A DNA stretch of 64,000 nucleotides from Eimeria praecox (Eukaryota). The position numbers and the translations under genes are program-made. The stretch spans positions 1,488,001 through 1,552,000 of the forward strand of contig OY986948.1 of assembly GCA_963920595.1 (NCBI GenBank). The letters are read 5' to 3'. This document shows, in pieces, positions 51,801 to 62,080 of this stretch (position 1 is its first letter; each line of letters opens with the position of its first letter). The notes under the pieces are model-generated. The model made no database searches, had not been told where the DNA came from, and saw only the letters and a program-made list of their open reading frames with translations.

Positions 51801-53723
51801 TGGTATTTGCCCACTGGCATCATTTTAACGCATTGCATAAGGGCCTTTTGTACGGTTCCGTACCACTTTGGATGGTGCGTATGTTTTGCTACTTCGGGCA
51901 TTAAGGCTCTGCTATGCGAAGCCAGCAAATCAGGCTAAAGAATTATACGATTCGCATCCCATGCACAGCCCTTGCTCATGATCTATTTGGTTAGGAAGCG
52001 TACACTATAATTGGCAATGAGTTGCGAAACCAGGGTGTTTTGCTGCACAGATGAATTAAACATAGACAAGTGCAAATGAACCGTCAAGCTTTAGCATTAC
52101 AATAGAACACAATATTGCTGCATTGTTCGCCCTAACGTGCTTGCTCTTCCAGCGAGTATCACGTGCGGCAAACACATGTGAATGATTCGGTTTGTGCTGT
52201 TCGGGTAGCATGCTCGTGTGGGTCTAACTGCCGCTACTGGCATTTAAATTCTGCTTTGCTGAAGGGGTATCCGTGCATTTCTGCCATTGCTTCTTGCCTG
52301 CTCCTCCCACAGTACTGCTGGAGATTTTCATTCTCTACAACCGCTTTCATCCATCCATCTTGCAACATCCAGTGAAATTGTTGCTTACAAATACCCACGC
52401 TGTAGATATCTGGAGGAAGCAACTCGTCAAATAAGTGCACCCTACCCACTTTCACGCCAGCTGCGCAGATCTGCAGCATGGTGCAACGGCAGCCCTCGAT
52501 CTTAACCGTGGACTATAGGGGCAATGGATTCATAAGACTTGCCAAGACTTCCCGAATAGCAGCTGATCCTCTCTCCGATTTTCAAGCATCCTGAGCACGG
52601 GGACACAACACACAAGAGCGAACCTGCATTCATGTAAAAGCACGTGTCAACTTCAGACAGGCGAATTTAATGGGATGCAACGCACTTCGCTGCAGCTACT
52701 GCTACAAAGCAGCCCCACATGGACGCACAACCATTACACATATCGCTGCCTATGCTAGCACTGGAAGGTGTAGTGTAGGCAACCTTTAAACAATTGGTTG
52801 ATCCTTGATAGTGAATCCACAAGCAAGAAGAGATACGAGTGCCAACGTTAAGAAGACCATGTTCAGCAGCACAGCAGCATGAGGCACTCAGCTGACGAAC
52901 GCTTGTACAATTTATAGTAAAGGTCGCGCATACTACTCGATTCCCTGCATTGCAGTCATCCATTTTCATTTAGATATTTTTGAATCGCTCGTTATCCGCA
53001 AAAATACGTAAATTGGATAGGCGCATTTCTCAAGAGACGCTGGATGAAGCGCTGGGGGGCTCTATGGGCAGTGCAAAAGCAAACAACACTCGAACAGGGT
53101 GGATGCCCTAAAGCTAAACGTTATATCCCGCTAACCTAAATATCATCCCCTGTATACCGTTGGCATGCGCATCTCTACCGGCTCGTCGGATGGATGCCGA
53201 AGGCCAGGGAAGGTTTTAACAACTGCCTATGGCTCTACTGCATGCAACGGAGGGGCGTCTGGGTATGCTTTCATCCCGAGTTGACATGCCGCAGGCGGTG
53301 CAGCAAGGAGTGCTGCAACTCACGGCAGGCAGCCTCCCCTCCGCACCATCCCCAGGCGCTTACGCAACTGAGCCTGTGCCAAATGGAGACTGGAAAGGGG
53401 ATGTGCTTCCTCTTTGGAGGCCCTCACCAACATTTCTCGTCCCTAGGTAGCTCACAGCCGTTTACGGCTGGGAAACAGAACTCTTCTTGGATCCAACAGG
53501 CATCTGAACCAATGTCTCCAGTTATATGTTGGATTTCCCACAATTCCTTTACTCGCAACGTATTTGCAGCAGCTTGTCCTTAGAAGGGTATCAAGGAGCT
53601 CTCCCCAAATTGCGTCAACAAGGCGCAAGTACGGGCCTTGAATTCTGCATGCTTCATTGTACAGAGACCACAGAGCTATCGGTTTTGCTGAAGGTTTCCT
53701 CACGTGCAGGAATGCATTGCTAG
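45891..53723 (+). other. Unidentified coding-like region (hypothetical multi-exon gene or decayed gene)
   Basis: A series of co-oriented, protein-like + strand segments: QTVVQAIAKRLLGSLES, YRQLIEALSSTYDLWDEQILF, YPTLQLYFRETEVWCFLMDCIEVVAIP followed by a GTAAG donor at ~50049, LTSILQRVCSEVEARQLWWPTEHKFTAEYVEGIISAFAKR, and NFYREEKLLSLFHERSRTF. I recognise no domain and could not build a continuous spliced model. Confidence 0.3.
47646..47717. repeat. Long near-perfect inverted repeat (32-bp arms)
   Basis: GACTGGGTTTCAACTACTCATTATTACTTTAT (47646-47677) pairs with ATAAAGTAATAATGAGTAGCTGCAACCCAGTC (47686-47717) at 30 of 32 positions. The spacer is TACTTGTG. Confidence 0.95.
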
Positions 53724-54477
53724 GCGAAGCTCCGGGTCTCCTTCGTTGTACTGTAGAGACGCCAAATAGTTCGCAAGGCATATACCGGCTATGGCCGCCT
53801 ACAGGTGAGGAAATTTATGCTGACAGGTAGTGTTACCTTTTAAAATATTCTTTGTTTATACCCGTTACATTGCATACGCCGTTGATGGCGGAGACTGTTT
53901 CGCATGCGCAAGTCCCATCATGGTTTGCTGTGGGAGAGCAGTAGGAAGAACGAGGTCCACGCGCGTGTCTTCTCCTCCTCTTGCTTCCAAGTTTCCCGTT
54001 GAAATGCACAAAACAAAAATTGGAGCTACGTAATTATATAGAAGGGCGGGAAACTACAGATCTGTTATCTTCTTCGCACAGGCGGGCTCGGATGACCCCA
54101 ACGACAGATCATCATCGGTCTTCTGCCCCTGGAGAGCTTTCGTTCAAATTATTAGGCTTACCAATAGATGAAGTAAACCAGAAGAGTGAAATAGACAAAT
54201 AGACGAAAGAAATGGGTCCACCAGGCCCAAGTCTGCGCCTGTGTCGGCCCAGGTGACCCCCCACTCGTGTGCTGCGCAGGTCGGCTGCAGAGGCGCCCGC
54301 AGGGGCGGCTCTTCTAGTGCTGCTAGGACTTTCAACTGCATTAGATTTCTGCTGCTGTTGTGCATGCCTGGCCTAAGTAGTAGAGGGCTGTAAAGCCTCG
54401 CATACTGGGGAACGCTGGGGTTCTTGTCGGTGTTCTTCTGACTGTTTCGGGGGATTCTGTTGAAAGGAGTGTTGAAG

Positions 54478-56205
54478 ATGATTGGGTTAGAAGGCAGATG
54501 CAAGCAGCAGCTCATGCAGCAGGGGCTGCTACAGGCGGAGGCTAGGCCGTCTGGGGCTGCGGGGGTCTCGAGGCTCGGCTCTCGAGGGAGTCTTTGGTCT
54601 CAGACGTCGGTTGAGAGCCACAGAGGACCCACCCAGCTGCAACTGCAGCGGCAAGCTAGCACCATCAGCAGCTGCAGCAGCAGCGGGGCTGCTGCCGGAG
54701 AGGTTCCGACTCGCAGTGGTTCGTTACTATTGCAGGTAGATGAAGTGCTAGGCAGCGTAGCTAAGGACATGGGGGAGGAGCTAGTACTACCTCAACGGTG
54801 CTTGGGAGACAAAGCTTGCCCAGCCATCGCCAAGCATCTTTTCAGGTGTATGGGGCTGCGATCATTAGACCTTTCGGTCTGTACAGGCCACCGAGCTCAA
54901 ACAGCAGTAGTGGTAGCCCCCTTAGTATAAAAACAAACACAATAATTCAACAGAAACGTAGGCTAAGCAGACTTTACAAGCAATTAGTAGTAGCCGGCAC
55001 CCATGCGGCCATCCCCCAGGCTGGACAGAGAGTTGTGTAGGTGTTGCTGCCGCTTGCAGCGAGGGACCCTTGCAGCAGAGGGGACCAGTGTTGGCTTTGT
55101 TGCTGTTGTACCCAGGCAAATAACATATCTCCAAGGGGATTCAGCGAAATAGCTGGAGGCATCAGCAGCCTTAAACACCTGCAAAAACTAAGACTTGACT
55201 GGAACCCCTTAGGCTCTGGTACTTGAAAGACACACGCTTCCCTCTCGGTGCAGCTGCAGCGGCAACAGCAGCAGCAGCAGCAACATCAGCATTAGTAGCA
55301 GGGTGGAAGGTCGTAGCAAGCGTGTTCAAGGTCCCCTCTGTTTCACACGAGAGTGCTGCTTCTCCTGCTGGTGCTGCTGTTGCTGCCGCTGTTGTTGCTG
55401 CTGGTGGTGCTGCTAATGCAGAGGGGGACAGCACCAGTGCTTCGGCTGTTCAGCTGCTATGTGATATTGTCTCTGAGTTGAAGGCGTTGGAGTTGTTGTC
55501 TTTGGTGCATTGTCAGTTGGGGCCTGGGGATGCAGATGCTCTCAGCGGCCTCATAGTAGCGAACAGGTGACAGCACTTGCTGCTTCCACGGCTGCTGTTG
55601 CAGCAGCAGCAGCTGCTGTTGGTGATGCTGCTGCTGTTGTTTAGGGCGGTGGCGCAGACTGCTGCTGAGTACAGCGGACCTAAACGGGGCACTCGCGAGG
55701 GTCTCCTCTGCGGTGTATGTACAGCAGGACTTTACAAGAAATACACCTCAGGAACAACGCACTTGGAGAGGAGGGGGCTGCTCAGCTCTCTGCGGCACTT
55801 AAAGCCAACAGAAGTCTCAAGATCCTCGACCTCACGGGTCTGCTTCCGGTGTCTCTGCAGCTATGCAGCTAAAGGGCCTTTGCCTGAGGAGACAGCTCAA
55901 CTGCAACGTTGTTGCTGCAGTCCAGGCCCTGTTTTGTTGCTGTATAGCTCAACCAGCACCCTCGAATGTCTTTATTTGTGTCGTTACTTTGCTAGTTGAT
56001 ATAGGCGTAGGCTTTTGGGGGCGTAGCCTCCAAAAGCCTTTGCTGTGGTCTGCATGCACACACGCACAAACTCACAACAAAGCCCCATTTAAGCTATACT
56101 CCGTGCATGCGAAGCATGATTGTTGTTTCTTCCCTTGTCTCACCCTCCGGTGTAGCCTGAGACTGCAGCCGCACGCATCGCCGATGCCTATGTGCTATAT
56201 ATGTA

Positions 56206-56253
<48 letters not shown>

Positions 56254-59064
56254 TAGCCCTATATGTATATATATACATGCACGGGGGAAACTCGAAAGTT
56301 CTTTGGGGCATTTTCCTGTGTGTAGGCAACGGGGCCAGGCCTTCGACGCTGCTTGAAGTGTCTAAGTGCTGCGCTGACAACAGCAAGGTGCTGCAGCTGC
56401 TGCCGCAGCAGCAGGAGGAGGCCATCGGGTTACAGCGTAGCAGCAGCCTGCAGAAGCGGCAGCAGCAGCAGCAACAGCAACAACAACAACAGCAGCAGCA
56501 GCAGCAAAATCAGAATAAACAAGTCGACGATTACGTAACCAGGATTGAGGCGGAACTAAAGAGCACAGAGCAGGTGAGGTGTAGTTGCTGCAGGTTTTCT
56601 CGTGGCCTCGCCAAGCTATGACTTAGCTGCTGCTGTTGCAGGTATAGCTGTTGTTTCTGTTGCTGTTTCTGCCGCTGCTGCTGCAGCAAAGCGCTCGACT
56701 GCTGCGCCGCCTGGAGTCAGACTTGGTGTCTTCTGCCCAAAGACACAACGAAACAAAGAGGGAGAACATGCTGTTGAAACAGCGCATCTGCGAGCTCCAA
56801 GGGGCCACAGTGAAATGTCAGCTTACTCTAGGGTTTAGGGTTTAGGGTTTAGGGTTTAGGGTTTAGGGTTTAGGGCTTTCCGGTGAGGGTTTAGCAATTC
56901 TCGCTTTGGGGTTTTGCCTTCATTTTCAGCCAACTTGATGCAAGACGAGCGCCGAGAATTGCTAAAAGAAAATTCGTTTTTGAAGGTCTGCCCGCTACAC
57001 AGTCCAGCTAGCTACCTGTAGCTAGCTACAGGTAGCTAGCTACACCTGGCTAGCTGAATGCAGGCTCATTGAAATAGCTGGTAGTTAGCTAGCTGGCAGC
57101 TAGCTAGCTGTCAGCTAGCAGCTAGCTACAAGCGTCTGTAAGGAGTCGTTCTAGAGAGGCTGTTCGTGCAGGCTAGTCTGGAGGAGAGGTATAGAGAGCT
57201 GTGTGAGTCCCGCCTCACGGCACAGCAGCAGAAGCTGCAGCTGCAGCAGCAGCAACAGCAACAACAGCAACAGCAACAGCAACAAGCCATGCTAGAGAGG
57301 CAGCTCCACGACAGGCAGGACACTAACGAGAAACTCCTCAGCGATCTTCAGGTCAGCTAGCCAGCCCTCAACGCTAGCTAGCTAGTTAGCTAGCTAGCTA
57401 GTTAGCTAGCTAGTTAGCTAGCTAGCTAGCAGCAAGCCCTAAAACCAAAGCCCTTTCCCTTTCCCCCCCGTACACACTCTTTAGTCCGATTGTTTGCTGC
57501 TGGCCAGTGCTACGATGACTGCTGTCTTTCGGTGTAACTGCCGCAGCAGCGGGAGCTGCAGCTGCAGCAGACCGAGCTGCTGCTGCAGCAGCAGCAGCAA
57601 GACACCGCACGGCTTCAGGCAGAACTCGAGCAACAGCAAAGCACGGCGGAGCGGCGGCAGCAAATGCTGCAGCAGGAAGTTGACAGACTGCAGCAGCAGC
57701 AGCAGCAGCTTCAGAAGCAGCTGCTGGAGGAAAAAGACAAACACATGCAGCAGCAGGATGGAACTCTCCAGCAGCATCAACAGCTGCAACAGCAGCAGCA
57801 GCAGCAGCAGCAGCGTATCCTCGAGCTGCAGCAAGAACTGCAGCAAGAAACACAACGCCGGCTTCAGGGGGAGAAAGAGGCCCTAGAAGAGAAACAAAGA
57901 ATTGCAGCAAATCTAACAAAAACTCAACAAACGTAAAGCAACACTAACAGGATTGCTAGGGTTTAGGGTTTGTAAAGAGGGTTTACGGATGGGAGGGAGG
58001 TTAGGGTTTGGGGTGCATGCGTGTGCTCGTAGAGTGGAAGAGCTGAAGCAGAGGCTGCAGGAGCAGCGGGAGGCCGAAGAGCTGCAGCAGCAACAGCAGC
58101 AGCAGCAGCAACAGAAAGTAGTTGAGCTGCAACAAGAAGCTGCAGCAGCTACAGCAGAAGCAGAAGATCTGAGAGCAAAGCTACGCCAACTGGAAGCGCG
58201 GGCTGCAGCAGCAGAAGCACAGCAGCAGAGACAACAGGAGGCCCTCAACAGTCGTCAGGTGAATCGTACTGACTATCTCTTCCCCTCTAAACCCTAAACC
58301 CTAAACCCTAAACCATAAACCCTAAACCCTGAACTTGGCTAGCTTAAAAACAGGGGTTAAGAGGCCGTGTGGCCTTTGCTGCTGCTGCTGTTGCTGCTAC
58401 TGCTATGACTGTGGATGTAGAAAGCGCTAGAGCAGATACAGCAGCAGATGAAGGAGGAGCAGCAGAACCATCTCAAAGCGCAGGAGACCCTGAAATCAGC
58501 AGCAGCAGCAGCAGCCGCCAAGGCAGACGAGAAGCTGCAGCAAATGCAGCAAGAGCTACAGCGGCAGGAACAGCAGCAGCAGCAGCAACAACAGCAGCTG
58601 CAGTTTACACAATCAGAAGCCTCAAAACACGAAGCGAATCTCAGGGCCTTGAGGGAGGCCCACGGACAGCTGAAGGATGAGCTAAGAGTGCCTCTTTAAA
58701 CCCTAAACCTTAAACCCTAAGCCCTAAACCCTAAACCCTAAATCCTAAGCTACTACACCCTGAACCCTGAATCCCAAGCCCTAAACCCTTGCTGCTTCTG
58801 GTGTCTAGCTGGCTTTGCTATTGCTGTTGCTGCTGCTGCTGCTGGGGGTTTGTGAACGTTGTGGGGGCCCCTCAGAAGGCTCAAGCAGAGTGCCAACGAG
58901 CACAAGAAGAGGCCCGGATAGCAGCAGCAAGACTGCAGCGGCAGCAGCGCGAGTATCAACACCAGAGAGATGATATCTGTGTACGACTTCGAGGGGGCAT
59001 AGAACAATTGGAGGCCGTATTAAGCGCTGCGAAGCATCACGAAGCAGAGCTGCAGACGCTGTAG
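54478..59064 (+). CDS. RNI-like leucine-rich repeat + long coiled-coil protein, LRRC45-like, multi-exon with polyQ tracts
   Basis: An in-phase spliced model has exons ..54876, 55116-55218, 55422-55566, 55725/55728-55837, 56326-56573, 56687-56816, 56930-56985, 57172-57351, 57547-57932, 58033-58258, 58421-58687 and 58876-59064. The LRRs are LRSLDLSANNIS, LQKLRLDWNPLG, LELLSLVHCQLG, LQEIHLRNNALGEEGA and LKILDLTGNG, followed by a Q/E/L/K-rich coiled coil. The start could be ATG 54478 or 54514, or further upstream. The LRRC45 likeness rests on architecture only. Confidence 0.8.
56209..56248. repeat. (TA)n microsatellite, intronic
   Basis: Directly visible, in intron 55838-56325 of the LRR gene. 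Confidence 0.95.
56829..56875 (+). repeat. Interstitial telomere-type (TTTAGGG)n array, intronic
   Basis: About 7 tandem TTTAGGG units. Confidence 0.95.
57006..57430. repeat. (AGCT)n / GCTAGCTA arrays in two introns of the LRR gene
   Basis: Degenerate AGCT tandem blocks at 57006-57128 and 57355-57430, flanking exon 57172-57351. Confidence 0.9.
58286..58788 (-). repeat. Interstitial telomere-type (CCCTAAA)n arrays, intronic
   Basis: Arrays at ~58286-58331 and ~58697-58788, each shortly after a donor site. Confidence 0.9.
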
Positions 59065-59084
59065 TTTCTAAGGGACAGACAATC

Positions 59085-59560
59085 AGCTAGGCAAAGCCAA
59101 CCCCTAGCTAGGTATTGTTTCCTCCAGCTAGCTGGAACTAGCTATACTTATGTATGGCTAGTTGTAGCTAGTGCTAGTGCTAGTTGCAGCTGGTTGCAGC
59201 TAGCTGCAGCTGGATCTAGCTAGCTGTAGCTAGCTGTAGCTAGCTGTAGCTAGCTGCTCAGGCGACTTGTGACTTCGGAGGACGGGCACGAAGAACCTTG
59301 AGCTGCTGCTGAGAGGGCCTTGGTGCTGACCTGCTGCGGAAGAGCAGCAACTGCAAGTTGCAGGCCTCTCTGCCTTTTTTGGTTTTGATAAACACAGACA
59401 GACAGAGCTGTGTACGCACACCTCAAATTCTCTAACACAACAGCACTGGAGTGGCTCTGCAGCATCCACTTTACCCAAGGTAGTACCTCTTTTGCCCACG
59501 GCTAGCTGCGGCTAGCTGTAGCTAGCTGTAGCTAGCTGTAGCTAGCTGTAGCTAGCTGCG
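59085..59560. repeat. (AGCT)/(TAGCTAGCTG)n arrays downstream of the LRR gene
   Basis: AGCT-rich blocks, including 10-nt TAGCTAGCTG tandem units at ~59217-59257 and ~59500-59558. Confidence 0.9.
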
Positions 59561-60348
59561 ATAAGCGAAGAGAGCCTTGTTGATTTCAGGTGTGCCGACG
59601 GCCTACTTCCAGCGCGCTGCAGCGGCAGTGCTGAGCTCAGCATCTATTTTAGAAAAACCAACAAAATGCAACACTAAGAAACAGAAGCCCTGCAATCACA
59701 GGGGGCCCTCTAGCCCCCCCTGGGGGGCCCCCCCATGGCCCCCGTGGGGGGCCCCGCAGCGTTTCGGCGCAGGCAGGTGCTGCGCTGCTGGTTGGGAGGG
59801 GGTTTAGCTGCCGTAGTTATATGTTAGCAAACAATTTCCATTTTTAAAAAATGAAATACATGCACTAAAAGCCTCTAGCTTGAGAAGAAGAAGCATAGGT
59901 GGTCTGAGGTGTACAGACACCCTGAGACGGCCGCGGCGGCGTCAAGACGAGGCCAGGGGGGCGAGCAGCATGTTAGTGTTTGAATTTTCATCGCTAAAAA
60001 GTAAATAGATTTATGTTTAATTGAATTTAATTACTTTTAATATTTGTATACATTTTAATTATTCTTTCTTTGTGTACCCGCATATTCTGCTGCCTGTCGT
60101 CGTAGCCCGCGCTGCCGCCCTCGCCGCGGGCTCCCGCCTTCACGCATCGTTTTCTGTGTTTTTTATCTTCTTTCTTCTTCTTTTTTTTATTGTTTATCTT
60201 TGTCCTTTGTTTTAAAAAGACCTTTATTGTTGAAGCATGCAGAGATCTCGGGGCCTCCACAACAGAGGGGGCCCCATCAGGCACGCTTCTCGCCGCCGCG
60301 GCCTTCTTTCTTAGTGGCCGATCCTCGAGGGGCCCCCTCCCAAAAAAA

Positions 60349-61828
60349 ATGAGACAGAGGGCATTTAATACATCCGCATTTACGTCTTTCCTTCTCTCTT
60401 TGTTGGTTTTTGTTTTAACACAACTCGCCTCCTCCTCCTTTGCCTTCCTAGTACCCCGAGACATACAAGTGCAACAGACTGCGAGGGGGGCCCCCCATGG
60501 GGGCCCCTGTACATTCATAACCTCTTCTCCTTTGTGTTCTTTCCTTGGGAGTTGTAGAGAACCATCTGCCTCCAGCAATTGCATCTTTCGACCTTCTTAC
60601 CAGTGGGGGCCCCTCTTCGGGGCCCCCAGGGGGCCCCTAGGGGCCCCCAGGGGGCCCCTAGGAGCCCATAGGGGGCCCTGGGGGCCCCTATATGCTGACA
60701 GAGAAAGACAGCAACATCCGCCTCGAACTGTCCTCTCGTGTAGCCCCAGACTATCAAGATCTCAGCCTCTCAGGGCACAGAACGCCTCACTAATTGAAGA
60801 GGGGCGGGGGGGGGCCTCCCTCCTTTCTCGTTGTAGGAGGCTACGGACAGGTGTAGCAGCAGCAGCTGCAGCGTCAGCAGCTGCTGCAACAGCAGCAGCA
60901 GCAGCTGCTGCAGCAGCAGCTGCTGCAGCAGCAGCACGCACAGTGTCAGCAGCCAGTCAGCTGCAGAAAACCTGGGGCTCTGCTCTTGCTGCTGCTGTTC
61001 ATGCTGCTGCTAGGGGGCCCCGCCGCCTGTGGGGTCTTCTATCACGGATCTCTCATACTTCCTCCGTCTCCCCCGCAAAGAGACGGGCTATAGGACTTGC
61101 TAGGTCTGCTGCTGCTGCTGCTGCTGCTGCTGCTCATGGTGCTGCTGCTGCTGCTTATGGTGCTGCTGCTGATGGTGATGGTGGTGGTGCTGCTGCTTCT
61201 GGTAGCGTTGCTGCTGCTCATGGTGGGGGTGGTGGGGCTGTTGCTGCTGCTATTGCTGCTGCTGATGGTGGTGGTGGTGGTGGTGCTGCTGCTGATGGCG
61301 CTGCTGCTGCTGCTGATGGTGGTGGTGGTGCTGCTGCTGCTCTCGACGCAGCTGGGGCCCGTGGGGCTTTACCTTTTCAGTTGGAGCCCCTGCTCTTGCT
61401 GCTGCTCTTGCTGCTGCTGCCGCTGCTGCTACTGCTGCTGCTGCTACTGCTGCTGCTGCTACTGCTGCTGCTGCTATTGCTGCTGCTGCTGCTGCTGCTT
61501 GTGTTGCTGTTGTTTGTGGTGTAGGCTATTAAGAGAGCTCCGTTCTACGCTGTCTCCGCAGCTTCTCTGTCCTGCTTTGCTGCTGTCTTTGGTAGTTGCT
61601 GCTGCCTCCTTCATGCGCTCCTACATGTTAGGACAGGTGTTTGATTGTGCTGCTGCTCTAGCAGCAAGAGCAACCCCACAGGAAGCAGCAGACCTCTTCT
61701 TAATTGCTGCAGACACACCAACAGGACCAGACCCCGTCAGCTCGTTGCTGCCTCTCGTGCTGCGAACTGCTGCTGCTGCTGCTGTAGAAGTCCTGGGCTC
61801 CGTCACCAGGGTAGGTCTGAGGCTATGC

Positions 61829-61893
<65 letters not shown>

Positions 61894-61991
61894 TTTGTCC
61901 GTGTCTTTGTTTTTATTTGTATGTCTCTGTTTTTATTTGTCTATCTGTGTTTTTATTTATCTGTCTCTGTTTTTATTTGTCTCTCTCTGAC

Positions 61992-62080
<89 letters not shown>

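Noticed and set aside
57126..58248. Minus-strand poly-Ala/Leu/Cys ORFs antisense to the LRR gene
   Set aside because: These are shadow frames of CAG-rich polyQ exons.
61097..61888. 263-aa poly-Leu/Val/Cys ORF and the poly-Ala/Gly/Leu tail of the 444-aa ORF, suggesting overlapping genes
   Set aside because: CTG triplet repeats have no stop codons. The stretch is intron 61104-61524 of the ABCB gene, and only 61525-61810 is real exon.
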